Sequence record: PQ433349.1
Length of the DNA: 64,000 bases
Reading direction: 5' to 3' (one strand)
From: Escherichia phage vB_Ec-G1
Of this stretch, positions 18,462-27,920 are shown one piece after another. The notes beneath the pieces are model-generated. The model did not search any database. It saw only the letters and a list, made by a program, of their open reading frames with translations, and was not told where the DNA came from. The translations under genes and the position numbers were made by a program. The number at the start of each line of letters is the position of its first letter. The first letter of the stretch is position 1.

Positions 18462-18490
18462 AAATCAAAAAAGGCGCAAAGTGCGCCTTT
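18462..18490 (-). terminator. rho-independent terminator
   Basis: AAAGGCGCA-ctt-TGCGCCTTT hairpin followed on minus strand by TTTTTTGATTT. Confidence 0.55.
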
Positions 18491-18498
18491 AAGTTTTA

Positions 18499-19845
18499 TC
18501 ATTTGGAGAGGAATTGTCTTCCCATGATCTTACCGTTCTTCACAGCGGTCCCATCGTGTCCATTGTAATCCCAGGTTCCATCGATATTACGCAAGAAGCT
18601 ATCACGAACAGTATAGGCTTTACCGTTCTCTACTTTACTTTCTTCCACAATGATTGCCATAACAAGCTTATTTTCAATTTCGGTAGTAACCGATTCTTTG
18701 ATACCCTCTGTAACTTCACGATCATATTGGATATAAACTCGCTCCTCGGTTACTTGCACGTCTACCACATTTTTAAATGTATAGGTCTGTTGTGTAGTGT
18801 AGAGGACACGAACGACACTCTTCTTACCTACTGGCGGCTTCTGACGACGCTTGCGGTAACGTGGAGACGGGTTAAGTTTAATATAACCTACAATATCTGA
18901 TCCATCTCCAGAGTGGCTCCAATACAACGTCTCTGCCAACAAACCTTTTCCTTGGTCCCCATTTCGAAAAAGAACATTAACAGGACCATCACAAGGGCGT
19001 CTACCTCCGATGTGGGCTTGGTATTTTGCTGTTCTTGGGAGAACAAAATATTCTTCAATCTGCCATTCACTATCGTATTTCTCCCATTCAAAGTGGTTGG
19101 CTTTACATACTTCTAAAACACCATTTTTGTAACGGACTTGAACAAAGTCTTCACAAGGTTGAATACCTGTATTAGGAATATAGGTAGGCTCTGTGTCTTC
19201 TGGTTCAAAAGTCTCTTTTTGTTGTTCCACATCTTCCACTTTTCTTACATGCTTAGTATAAAACATATCTTTAAACTCCTGTGCTTCAACCTCAACTGCA
19301 AATTCATGTTCTCTGACAACCGGAGGCACAAGGCTTCCACACTCAAGATGTAGAGCATCCAGACCTGCCATTTTATCGTAAAAGATAACTTTTCGATACT
19401 TCTTACCGTCTTCTGGAATAGCAGGGTCTACTCGTTTAAGACGGGAAGCATCGCTTTTAGTCCAAAAACTCTTCCCTGTTGTATTATTGAAAGTAGTAAT
19501 CATTTCTTCAATTTCTTCTTCGGAAAGGTTACTAGTGTCTGTGTAAACATCTTCAATTTTTAGCATTTTAGTTTTCTTAAGAATTAAATCTAGCATTGCA
19601 TCTCCTGTAAAACGCAGTTCATTATCTCCTACTGTCGGATCTCCAGTAAATTCATTGGTCCCGACTGTGTGACAGATGTATGGAAAATTTGTGCAACCGT
19701 GTAAAAGAGCATATTTTCCTGTAAGTTTAGGATCTGTCTCTTTGGTCCAACCATATGCAATCTCAATAGCTTTGCAAAGCCTGTCGAACAAGCCCCGATT
19801 GTTTGCCGCTGTTACCAAATCTTGCTTATGTGCATATACATTCAT
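18499..19845 (-). CDS. hypothetical protein (448 aa), possible RNase III-like signature at N-terminus
   Basis: Long ORF; NELRFTGDAMLDLIL weakly resembles the RNase III ERLEFLGDA signature. Confidence 0.5.
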   Translation of the reverse strand: MNVYAHKQDLVTAANNRGLFDRLCKAIEIAYGWTKETDPKLTGKYALLHGCTNFPYICHTVGTNEFTGDPTVGDNELRFTGDAMLDLILKKTKMLKIEDVYTDTSNLSEEEIEEMITTFNNTTGKSFWTKSDASRLKRVDPAIPEDGKKYRKVIFYDKMAGLDALHLECGSLVPPVVREHEFAVEVEAQEFKDMFYTKHVRKVEDVEQQKETFEPEDTEPTYIPNTGIQPCEDFVQVRYKNGVLEVCKANHFEWEKYDSEWQIEEYFVLPRTAKYQAHIGGRRPCDGPVNVLFRNGDQGKGLLAETLYWSHSGDGSDIVGYIKLNPSPRYRKRRQKPPVGKKSVVRVLYTTQQTYTFKNVVDVQVTEERVYIQYDREVTEGIKESVTTEIENKLVMAIIVEESKVENGKAYTVRDSFLRNIDGTWDYNGHDGTAVKNGKIMGRQFLSK

Positions 19846-20396
19846 AATAATCCTCCTCGTTTTATTGCAATAGATGCCCTAGGCTCTGCGATACCAGTGG
19901 CGTATAAATACGGATGACCTTGTGGAGAAGTTCTCATCCCAAACGAACCTAATTCTAACCCATACGTATCTTCCACGTCAAGACCAATATCTGTCTCTAT
20001 GATTTGAGTTTGAACTTTGTAATACGTCCAAAAGAAATAGCGCATAGTTTCGGCATACTCTTTGATGGACGCTCCTGGATAAAACTCAATAATTTCCAAC
20101 TTCAAGAAAATGTTAAAATGAACATCATCTAACTCTTCCTCTGTTCGGTAGCAAGGTGTTAGAGCCATATAAGGATGATCTGTTGAAAATTCAAAACCAT
20201 CTTTCTCCATCTGGAGGAAAGACTGCTCTGCACTGGCTACGTAGAACTTACCATTAGGATGCCCCAAGGGGCGATCCTCTTTACCTTCTGGTAATGTATA
20301 TGCAAGGATATCCGCATCTACAAGATAAGGGACTTCCAACATCTCCGCAAATCGTCCGTAGTAATCAATAGCTTGAGCAATAACAGCTACGTTCAT
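19842..20396 (-). CDS. hypothetical protein (184 aa)
   Basis: Track ORF, operon orientation. Confidence 0.5.
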   Translation of the reverse strand: MNVAVIAQAIDYYGRFAEMLEVPYLVDADILAYTLPEGKEDRPLGHPNGKFYVASAEQSFLQMEKDGFEFSTDHPYMALTPCYRTEEELDDVHFNIFLKLEIIEFYPGASIKEYAETMRYFFWTYYKVQTQIIETDIGLDVEDTYGLELGSFGMRTSPQGHPYLYATGIAEPRASIAIKRGGLL

Positions 20397-20644
20397 GATC
20401 TTCCTCCTGTGCGGAAAGCGCGTTTAGTAATGTTTGACATAATGATCAAATCTTGTAAAGTCATATCTGGGAACTGTTGTTCTAAAACTCCCTCTACAGC
20501 ACCTATAATATCTGATAATTCAACAAGTTGCATTATTTTGCAATCCTGTTCAACAGCATCAAAAAGTTCTTCTACTTCCTCTTTAATCTTTTCTATACTG
20601 CCATAAGGTTGCTTCTTAATATTTGTTATGTGATACCCTGCCAT
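20393..20644 (-). CDS. small protein, possibly MazG-like nucleotide pyrophosphohydrolase
   Basis: 83 aa; EKIKEEVEELFDAVE...LVELSDIIGAVEGV resembles the EExxE/D helix pattern of MazG-like domains. Confidence 0.3.
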   Translation of the reverse strand: MAGYHITNIKKQPYGSIEKIKEEVEELFDAVEQDCKIMQLVELSDIIGAVEGVLEQQFPDMTLQDLIIMSNITKRAFRTGGRS

Positions 20645-22237
20645 TTAACGATCCTCTCTGATTTGATTAATCTTACGAGCAAGGGCAGCTATGAGCTTAT
20701 CTTCTTCGGATACAGGAGCCGTGCTCTTACCTAAACGATGCATGTCTAAAATCTCTTGAACAGTCCGGTTCCATTGCAGACATTTAATACAACGTGTATG
20801 TGCAACATACAGAAGATTTCGTTCTGATTCTTCAAGACCTACCCACTCACCCTTCTTATCATAATTGGAAGGGAAGTCATTTGCAACAATAACCTGATCC
20901 CACTCCAAACCTTTTGATTTATGGGCTGTAGTTAAAGTAACTTTAGCCGTTGGAGAGTTACGGTGCATACGTAGAGTGTATGCAATATTATTAGCTTTAC
21001 CAGAAACAACAATGTTTAAAAGTCGTTTTGCATCAGGATCTGATTCTGCACACTCTACAAATTCTTCCCAGGAAGTATAAGGTAGAACTGTCTCATGCTT
21101 AACTTTGTCCAAATCACCTCTACGTAAAGCATTAACACTATCAACCATAGAAATGAAATCTTTGGTATCTACGTTAATAATAATTTCTTCTCCGTTAGCG
21201 ATTCGGTCCATAGCTTCGAGCAACAGAGTCAAATTCTTACGGAAAATAATAGTGTAAGGTTTACTATAATCTACCACATCAGAATGAAAACTTCCAGTGA
21301 CAGTATCATAACCTTTGCCTACCAGCGGATGCTTCAGAGGTGAGCGATCAGAAAGGATCGCATTAGCAATGTCCGCAACTTTAGGACCAAAACGAAAACA
21401 AGCTGTCAGAGGCAACTCAACTCCATATGTAGCTGTTTGCTTCATCATATTCTGGCTTCCACGGAACTGATAAATACTCTGAAATTCATCACCCACAACA
21501 ACAATACGTTTAGCCGATTTAGCATTACGAAGGATAGACAGGAATGCAGGGTTAACATCCTGGAACTCATCTCCGAAAATAATATCATACCCTAAATCTT
21601 CTTTACTCAATTCAAAGAGTTTCACATAAGTGTCATGAGTCATAATGGTTTCTGACTTAGGATCAATACGCTCACGCCAAAGTTGCTTCGCATATTTAAC
21701 AACTTCGTTAATAAGTTTTTGTTCGTTGATGTTTTTACGTTTAAGATCTGACATATGCACTTTAGGAAAATGTTTATGTCCAATATGTTCATCGTCAGAA
21801 AACTCATATTTAGCTAAAGTTTGTTTTACCATTAATCCAATCATTGCACGAGTCAGTAGCACTTTACCATTCTTATCAATCAAGTTCTGAATCTTGAATT
21901 TTTTGGCAATCTCACTACCAGTTCCAGCTACGTTAACATATTGACCTTCTGGACGAGATAATTTGTGTCGAAGGTTTTGTGGAAGACGCTGGTAACAGAT
22001 AGAATGTAGCGTTCGGCACATAACATTAGGTGGCATTTTACGTCGAGCTTCCTCTGCCATACTTTTGTTAAATGCCAAGTATAGAATACTATCATTTGTG
22101 CCATTAGCCAACATATATAGTGTTGACGTTTTACCTGATCCAGATTTAGCTTGAATTGTAACGAAACGATTTTCTTTATACCCACTTTCAATAGCATATT
22201 GTTCATCGGTAGGTGTAAAACTCAATTGTGTAGACAC
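20645..22237 (-). CDS. UvrD/Rep-type superfamily 1 DNA helicase
   Basis: 530 aa; Walker A GSGKTST, Walker B region VVVGDEFQSIYQFRGS, C-terminal helicase motifs. Confidence 0.65.
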   Translation of the reverse strand: MSTQLSFTPTDEQYAIESGYKENRFVTIQAKSGSGKTSTLYMLANGTNDSILYLAFNKSMAEEARRKMPPNVMCRTLHSICYQRLPQNLRHKLSRPEGQYVNVAGTGSEIAKKFKIQNLIDKNGKVLLTRAMIGLMVKQTLAKYEFSDDEHIGHKHFPKVHMSDLKRKNINEQKLINEVVKYAKQLWRERIDPKSETIMTHDTYVKLFELSKEDLGYDIIFGDEFQDVNPAFLSILRNAKSAKRIVVVGDEFQSIYQFRGSQNMMKQTATYGVELPLTACFRFGPKVADIANAILSDRSPLKHPLVGKGYDTVTGSFHSDVVDYSKPYTIIFRKNLTLLLEAMDRIANGEEIIINVDTKDFISMVDSVNALRRGDLDKVKHETVLPYTSWEEFVECAESDPDAKRLLNIVVSGKANNIAYTLRMHRNSPTAKVTLTTAHKSKGLEWDQVIVANDFPSNYDKKGEWVGLEESERNLLYVAHTRCIKCLQWNRTVQEILDMHRLGKSTAPVSEEDKLIAALARKINQIREDR

Positions 22238-22251
22238 GTATTTCTCCTCTC

Positions 22252-22761
22252 TTAATAAAAACTCTTGACAATCCTCATCATTTCCTTAGCTCTGCTGGCG
22301 TAAGGTTCTTTTAGATTAGGTGGCAAATGTGCATTAATGTATCCCATTTGTTTTTCCCATGTCCACTTATCTTTAAATCTTGGCATGGTATCTCCTGCTA
22401 AACTGTTTTCTTTTCGTGTTTGAATAATCCAATTACATGGAAAATGCACACCACCTTTACGGAAGGGAATATAATGTCCCAATGTGAATGCCTTATTGTT
22501 CTTTAAACGTCCAGCTAAATTAAGATTAACAATAAGACTACGAAACACATAGTATTGATAAAGATTGTCAACAGTATATACAGAGTAGTATGCTCTAAGT
22601 GCATTATCTCTACTAAGATTACCAACATCCAAACTGCACCAGTTTAAATTACTTGGATCATAGTTGTGATTATCAATCCATTCTTCTCTTTCCTCAAATT
22701 CTGCATTAACAGCAGATTGCCCTGCTGTAGATACAAAAAGAGAATTTGCATCAAAGAACAT
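22252..22761 (-). CDS. hypothetical protein (169 aa)
   Basis: Track ORF, operon orientation. Confidence 0.5.
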   Translation of the reverse strand: MFFDANSLFVSTAGQSAVNAEFEEREEWIDNHNYDPSNLNWCSLDVGNLSRDNALRAYYSVYTVDNLYQYYVFRSLIVNLNLAGRLKNNKAFTLGHYIPFRKGGVHFPCNWIIQTRKENSLAGDTMPRFKDKWTWEKQMGYINAHLPPNLKEPYASRAKEMMRIVKSFY

Positions 22762-22771
22762 ACTCCCTCCT

Positions 22772-23125
22772 TTAGTTTACATCGTTTAGAGCATTACCAA
22801 TCTTTAAGATAATAACATCGTTAAGGGCTTCTTCTCCATTAAGGCCAGAGAAAGCAGGAGTAACGAAAGTTACCATATAATAATGGTCTTCTTGTAGGAT
22901 TGCGATAACGCCGTCTAGTTTAACATCTCCTGTGAAACGAAAAACTTTCAACTTTTGTTCTAAAGGAAGATCTCCTTCAACATTTAAAACCATATCTCCA
23001 ACACCAAACTTTTCTGCCCCGATGTAGATGTAAGCTTGGTCCTCTTTTTTATGATAATATAGTGTTGCTTGTTTGTCTTGTAGTGTTGTGATACCAAACA
23101 CATCTACATCAATAATATTTTTCAA
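22772..23125 (-). CDS. hypothetical protein
   Basis: Track ORF trimmed to TTG preceded by GGAGGAG RBS, overlapping upstream stop. Confidence 0.4.
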   Translation of the reverse strand: MKNIIDVDVFGITTLQDKQATLYYHKKEDQAYIYIGAEKFGVGDMVLNVEGDLPLEQKLKVFRFTGDVKLDGVIAILQEDHYYMVTFVTPAFSGLNGEEALNDVIILKIGNALNDVN

Positions 23126-23490
23126 AAATTCTCCTCCCAAATCCAATAATTGTCTACATAAGTAGGATGCCTTTTGTCCCACTCTTTTCTAGCCCAAGCC
23201 ACGGCTGCTACCAATACATCTCCATGACAAGGTTGAGGGGAGCAGAAGCAAACTAAATCTTTCCCTTCTAGCTCTAATAAATCTTCAAGAGTGATCTTAC
23301 CACAACGAATTTGCTCCCACAACCACTCTTTATACCTTTGTATAGTTGATCCTCGTGGTTCATCATCTTTTAACTTAAAAGGGTTTGCAAACTTGGAGGC
23401 TTTTAGTCCCATATGTGGCATTGCTCTACCAATATAAACAGCACCCTCTGGGATTGTTTTGCCTAAATGGTAAAAGTTTAATACCTTCAT
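23122..23490 (-). CDS. DUF4326-like protein
   Basis: 122 aa; GRAMP...SKFANPF...Y..WL...GKDLVCFCSPQPCHGDVL matches my recollection of the DUF4326 pattern. Confidence 0.4.
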   Translation of the reverse strand: MKVLNFYHLGKTIPEGAVYIGRAMPHMGLKASKFANPFKLKDDEPRGSTIQRYKEWLWEQIRCGKITLEDLLELEGKDLVCFCSPQPCHGDVLVAAVAWARKEWDKRHPTYVDNYWIWEENF

Positions 23491-23491
23491 A

Positions 23492-23854
23492 TTAACCTAA
23501 ACACATACGTGCGATCAGACCTTGAATTAGTTTATCTGCTTCTTCACGATCATAGTCGGTATCTTCTATACCACCATCTTCGTCACGATAAACTTTACCT
23601 TCCAGGTACCCAGCATCGATCAAACCAATAATCAAATCGAACTGCCAACAAGAATTACCGAAAGGACGTTTTCCACTGAAACTGTCTTCTTCTTCCCAAA
23701 GTGTAGAGAGCAGTCGTCTGAAATATTCACGCACAGTAACAGTTCCAAGATCATCGTCTTCAAAAACAACATCTAAAGCGTCTGGTTCAGCTTTCTCTAC
23801 AACAGGCACATAACGTTGACCATTAATAACAACATCTACAATCGTTTCTCTCAT
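23492..23854 (-). CDS. hypothetical acidic protein (120 aa)
   Basis: Track ORF, operon orientation. Confidence 0.5.
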   Translation of the reverse strand: MRETIVDVVINGQRYVPVVEKAEPDALDVVFEDDDLGTVTVREYFRRLLSTLWEEEDSFSGKRPFGNSCWQFDLIIGLIDAGYLEGKVYRDEDGGIEDTDYDREEADKLIQGLIARMCLG

Positions 23855-24213
23855 TTTTCCTCCTTCTTGTATTCTAAGAACATGTCAACTTCATAAGCTG
23901 TCCGTTCATTAAATTTACTAGGGTCTACTAAAATAAAAAGTTGTTTATTTATATCTTGAAACTCTTTTACTACAATGTAAAGGTGTTTCTTACAAGAGAA
24001 GCCTGTTGCTTGATAAGCATCGCCCCAATCATCCACACCTTTTAATGTTTCTACATACTTACATTTTATTTTATCTTTACCGTCTTGGTAAAGTGCTTCA
24101 CCTCCGAACCATGTGAAGAATTTAGTGCGATCTGCCCCAACCTTAAAGCCGTCACGAGCAAAAACACCAGCAGAGGCTAATAACAGCAAGGCAAACAGCA
24201 CTTTTCTCATCAC
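23851..24213 (-). CDS. secreted hypothetical protein
   Basis: 120 aa; signal peptide MMRKVLFALLLLASAGVFA. Confidence 0.5.
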   Translation of the reverse strand: MMRKVLFALLLLASAGVFARDGFKVGADRTKFFTWFGGEALYQDGKDKIKCKYVETLKGVDDWGDAYQATGFSCKKHLYIVVKEFQDINKQLFILVDPSKFNERTAYEVDMFLEYKKEEK

Positions 24214-24521
24214 ATCTCCTCGTCGGACTTCAAGGCTTTAGAGAATACTACATTAAACATTTCACCGCAACCATTATTAACATAATACATGATGTAATTA
24301 TCATCTTCGTCTACAGGCGCACGATACTCCAATTCATAACTATACAGATTAGAATTACTTGTGCAACCTTGTGGATACCAAAAGTAAAGTTCACCACAAG
24401 ATTCTACCCATTTAAGACCAGTCCGATCTTCAAACACCAATGTAGAAGGGTTTTCTGAATCTTTCACAGCTTCTTCATATTGTTGATGTACCATAACTGC
24501 TAATGATAATGTACTCATCAC
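24210..24521 (-). CDS. hypothetical protein (103 aa)
   Basis: Track ORF, start/stop overlap with neighbour. Confidence 0.5.
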   Translation of the reverse strand: MMSTLSLAVMVHQQYEEAVKDSENPSTLVFEDRTGLKWVESCGELYFWYPQGCTSNSNLYSYELEYRAPVDEDDNYIMYYVNNGCGEMFNVVFSKALKSDEEM

Positions 24522-24734
24522 GCCTCCAAATAGTGTTTACAAATGACAAAACGCCATGTTTGTTTATAATAGTCTCTTTTTTCAAGAGCCTCTTTGTAAG
24601 AGGGTATACGTTGCGACAGAAGCATCCATTCACAATCTGCACCCATTCTTCCATAAAGCGCGTAACGGATGTTACTTTGTTTATCTCCCATAAATGCCTC
24701 CTTAATCTTGTTTACAAGTATACCCTCTAATTAG

Positions 24735-24932
24735 TTACACTTTTTCCCAAGTACCAAAAGCACAGGAAGGGTAGATTCCAACTTGAGGGTTTCCGTTATC
24801 ATCTTTGAAAGTAAAACTGTTGTTGTCTTTATCAAGAACTGTAGAATAAATCTTACCAACAGTAACGCAGTTGGAAGCTTGACCCAGTTCAGTAAGAGTA
24901 AGACATTTCATTTTCTGTTTCTTTGTAGCCAT
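24735..24932 (-). CDS. small hypothetical protein (65 aa)
   Basis: Track ORF. Confidence 0.4.
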   Translation of the reverse strand: MATKKQKMKCLTLTELGQASNCVTVGKIYSTVLDKDNNSFTFKDDNGNPQVGIYPSCAFGTWEKV

Positions 24933-25014
24933 TTATAAAATCTCCTTAGTAAGTGAATCTTTATTCTACACAAAGAGCTTTGCACATGTCAAGTAACTCT
25001 TTGTCAGATTAGTC

Positions 25015-25284
25015 TTAATGATTGGTGATGTTGATGACAATCTTAGTTTCAACCTTAGCCCAACAGGAATCTGCTTCATTAAAACGACTATTCACAATGT
25101 ATTCTCCTGCACGAGAGCCTGTTAAGCACACTGCACCTGTATCTGTAGCCAAATAGTATTCCCGTTCTTGTTCATCTACTTCTGCAATGTAGTAGTAGAA
25201 AACAGACATAGGTTCAATTTCAGCTAAACGGTATAATTTTGGAACAGGGGATTTCTCGATAAACTCAACAGAAGTTTTACTCAT
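25015..25284 (-). CDS. hypothetical protein (89 aa)
   Basis: Track ORF downstream of the promoter-like element A. Confidence 0.45.
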   Translation of the reverse strand: MSKTSVEFIEKSPVPKLYRLAEIEPMSVFYYYIAEVDEQEREYYLATDTGAVCLTGSRAGEYIVNSRFNEADSCWAKVETKIVINITNH

Positions 25285-25462
25285 TTGTTTTCTCCTAGAT
25301 CTAAACTAATTAAGAAGTCACGAAGGATGATCATTTGTTCTGTAGACAATGATAACACACTCTCCTATTATTGTTCTTGATCTTACGATCATCTACCGAT
25401 AAGAACAAGTACTTAAATCTCTGTTCTTCGAACATCTAACGATAGAGATTAATCTATTACAT

Positions 25463-25526
25463 AATCTATACTCGCTATCGCTCGACCCTTCGGGGTTAGG
25501 GTAGCATATTTTTTGAAAAAAGTCAA
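25463..25526 (-). promoter_or_regulatory. conserved promoter-like element A (TTGACT-N17-TACCCT) with adjacent palindrome
   Basis: Minus-strand -35 TTGACT and -10 TACCCT spaced 17 bp, followed by ACCCCGAAGGGT palindrome and conserved arm CGAGCGATAGCGAGT; near-identical copy near 59324-59388. Confidence 0.45.
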
Positions 25527-25846
25527 CATTTATTTTTGGTAAGCAGATAAATCAACTGTTCACCTGCTTCTGGTGCATATAGTGATTTAGTATCGAAGTC
25601 AAAGAAGTGAGTGACTCCTGTTACTTTGGATGCCTGAATAGATAATCGTGCAAGCTTAAGCAGATTATCCATTTCCGCAATCTTTGCACGAAATACTGCA
25701 CGTGTAGCGTCAAAAGCTGCATGTGGCATGTATTTACGATTTAGACTACTACGTTTAAATTTACGATAATCTGCAATGATCTTGTTACGTTCTTTGTTCA
25801 AGTGCTTTACCAGTGCAGTGTATACATGTGGTTCTTTGTTAGCCAT
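25523..25846 (-). CDS. hypothetical protein
   Basis: Track ORF trimmed to ATG (MANKEPH) preceded by GAGGAG RBS. Confidence 0.5.
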   Translation of the reverse strand: MANKEPHVYTALVKHLNKERNKIIADYRKFKRSSLNRKYMPHAAFDATRAVFRAKIAEMDNLLKLARLSIQASKVTGVTHFFDFDTKSLYAPEAGEQLIYLLTKNKC

Positions 25847-26051
25847 TGTTAATCTCCTCTTCATATGTTGGTAGTGCATGGTATGCGATCACAGGTGCCA
25901 AGTCAAAATAAAAATGACCATTGATAACAGCTATCGTGCCATTGCGTGTTTTGTTAACTTCACAGAATCCCTTCTTGCCGTTTGCCATGATTACAAGCCA
26001 CTCTCCGATAGGAACATCCTCGGTACCAGATACTTTAATCCATCCACTCAC
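25839..26051 (-). CDS. small hypothetical protein (70 aa)
   Basis: Track ORF. Confidence 0.45.
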   Translation of the reverse strand: MSGWIKVSGTEDVPIGEWLVIMANGKKGFCEVNKTRNGTIAVINGHFYFDLAPVIAYHALPTYEEEINNG

Positions 26052-26305
26052 TTTACTTCCCCTTTGTAATCGGACACTATACCAGGCCTTACTTTTGCCT
26101 TAAGATGTTTCAACTCTACCATAGGAGTTGCCACTTGTATAGGGCTAACTTCAACCTTGTAGATAGTATATTCATAAGTCGCATATTTACCTATGGAATG
26201 CAAATACTTAATTGCGTGTTCAGGGGAATCTGCTTCAACATACCCTAAATCTTTCGTAGTACGACCTTCGGTATCGCCTTCAGTGGTTACGTGATAAAGT
26301 GTCAT
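26048..26305 (-). CDS. hypothetical protein (85 aa)
   Basis: Track ORF. Confidence 0.5.
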   Translation of the reverse strand: MTLYHVTTEGDTEGRTTKDLGYVEADSPEHAIKYLHSIGKYATYEYTIYKVEVSPIQVATPMVELKHLKAKVRPGIVSDYKGEVK

Positions 26306-26625
26306 AAAACCTCCTTCTGGTTGGCTGCTTCAATCATAACGTTAAGAGTCTCCATACCGCTTTCAACTGCTTGAGCAATCTCTTGGAACACTGTTTTCTT
26401 AAAGATGTATAAAGATCCTGCCTGTAAGCGTTGCACACAGCATAAGAGGGTTTGGTGATCCATAACAAAGTCTCCATAAGCACAATCAATTTTCCCTGTG
26501 ATTGGGTTGTCTCGTGAGCGAGGATCGTATTCTAATGTGATATGCGTTACACCAGGTAAAGTAACAAACTGACAACGGATGTTGACACGTGGTGCAATTG
26601 ACACGCTAAACAAACTGTTTGACAT
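26302..26625 (-). CDS. hypothetical protein (107 aa)
   Basis: Track ORF. Confidence 0.5.
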   Translation of the reverse strand: MSNSLFSVSIAPRVNIRCQFVTLPGVTHITLEYDPRSRDNPITGKIDCAYGDFVMDHQTLLCCVQRLQAGSLYIFKKTVFQEIAQAVESGMETLNVMIEAANQKEVL

Positions 26626-26772
26626 TTAAACCTCCTCGTAGTAAGGCAAAGCTTTGATCAGCTGTTCTGAAGTGCCATTCTCTGTCCATGTAACCCCGTT
26701 GTCAAGAGAAACATACCCTTTCTTATCGATAAATTTACGGAGACAACCAGTGAACTTGTTTTTGTAGATCAT
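26626..26772 (-). CDS. small hypothetical protein (~48 aa)
   Basis: Below track cut-off; ATGA-type start/stop overlap with upstream gene and abuts downstream start. Confidence 0.3.
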   Translation of the reverse strand: MIYKNKFTGCLRKFIDKKGYVSLDNGVTWTENGTSEQLIKALPYYEEV

Positions 26773-27212
26773 TTCTTCTTTCCTTTCTTTAATTTGTTGT
26801 GACCTTTACCCTTATAAAGCTTGTGATTACGAGCAGATGGGTTATTTTGGTTCTCCAGTCGGCTAACAGGTGTATTCCAAAGATTTCCTGCTACAAAAGA
26901 TGCTGCCACAAGTTCTTCCAGGTATACAAAATCCAAAGCAGGTATCTTTGTTTCCCTCATCTTGCGTTCTACATTAGACAACACGCCTTCTTCCTTACTG
27001 TCTTCTTTTTCAATTACAGACCAACCCTCTTCCTGCCAAGCTTCCCCTCTGAACCAAGTTTCCATGTTATAACCTTGTTCGTCGAGAATAACACCATCTC
27101 GCATCTCAAACCATTCGCCACCACAAAAATGGCGGTGCTCAACACGTCTACCTTCCTTCATTGCTTCTTTAGCTTCGGGCCAAGTCAGTTTGATGTTTTG
27201 GATGTTTTGCAT
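26769..27212 (-). CDS. hypothetical protein (147 aa), first gene of the minus-strand block
   Basis: Track ORF; basic C-terminus. Confidence 0.5.
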   Translation of the reverse strand: MQNIQNIKLTWPEAKEAMKEGRRVEHRHFCGGEWFEMRDGVILDEQGYNMETWFRGEAWQEEGWSVIEKEDSKEEGVLSNVERKMRETKIPALDFVYLEELVAASFVAGNLWNTPVSRLENQNNPSARNHKLYKGKGHNKLKKGKKK

Positions 27213-27273
27213 TTGTTTTCTCCTTTTGTTTGGTAGGAGTTGATCTTAACAAGATTAAAAAGTATGTCAATAC

Positions 27274-27301
27274 TTGATCTGAAATTATTTTCAGGTATCA
27301 T
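27274..27301 (+). promoter_or_regulatory. sigma70-like promoter at the divergent switch region
   Basis: TTGATC -35 and TATCAT -10 about 16 bp apart, upstream of first plus-strand gene. Confidence 0.35.
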
Positions 27302-27326
27302 GTATGAACATTAACAAGAGAGGTAG

Positions 27327-27620
27327 ATGATGAACATTACTTTAGCAACTAAGAATATTTCTGAAACAATTAACGGTTTTGGTGTGATTGTAGCCTTGCA
27401 CGGTAACAATGAGAAATGGTTGGCTTCTTTTGAAGAGGATCGTCAACACAACATTATTTTAGATGCCCCTATAAAAGTTATGCATATCGTTGGTGAAAGC
27501 AAAGTGCTCACTTCCTCCCGTTCAAAAGAACAAATTACAAATGAATTAGTAAAACTGCTTGACAATGTTCTTAACATGTTTGATAATGCACCCATCGATA
27601 CAAAACGTGTCTTAATGTGA
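27327..27620 (+). CDS. hypothetical protein (97 aa)
   Basis: Track ORF, first plus-strand gene. Confidence 0.5.
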   Translation: MMNITLATKNISETINGFGVIVALHGNNEKWLASFEEDRQHNIILDAPIKVMHIVGESKVLTSSRSKEQITNELVKLLDNVLNMFDNAPIDTKRVLM

Positions 27621-27632
27621 GAGGAGAACAAA

Positions 27633-27920
27633 ATGTACTATTCACAAGACGAAGCAGCAAACATTAAACTGGCAGTTGGCGATCTTATTGTGTCACCTAA
27701 CTACCATTGGGATAACACAGATTTGGTTGAAGTAGTAACTCATGTTGGGTTTGAGGGTGTTGTGCTCTACACACTGGGTGGAGGTGTTGTTGGGGAAATG
27801 GAACGTTATACAACAACGAAGAAACTGGTAAGCTCTTATCGCATGTTTTTACACCAAGGTTCGGAAGAGTATACAGCTTTCTTGTTGAAATTAGATGCAG
27901 ATCGGGAGAAGGCACGATGA
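27633..27920 (+). CDS. hypothetical protein (95 aa)
   Basis: Track ORF with GAGGAG RBS. Confidence 0.5.
   Translation: MYYSQDEAANIKLAVGDLIVSPNYHWDNTDLVEVVTHVGFEGVVLYTLGGGVVGEMERYTTTKKLVSSYRMFLHQGSEEYTAFLLKLDADREKAR

Noticed and set aside
19842-20396. Class II aminoacyl-tRNA-synthetase-like or AsnA-like motifs in the 184-aa protein
   Set aside because: Only short, ambiguous motif resemblance (YRTEEE, G.G..R); too weak to call.
21645-22206. ORFs 21645..21890 (+) and 21928..22206 (-) inside the helicase gene
   Set aside because: Lie within or out of frame of the 530-aa helicase ORF, which has clear Walker motifs.
25285-25522. Possible tRNA genes in intergenic regions (25285-25522, 33073-33300, 59230-59590)
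   Set aside because: No convincing T-arm (GTTCRANYC flanked by a 5-bp stem) or cloverleaf found by eye; cannot be excluded without a tRNA-finding program.
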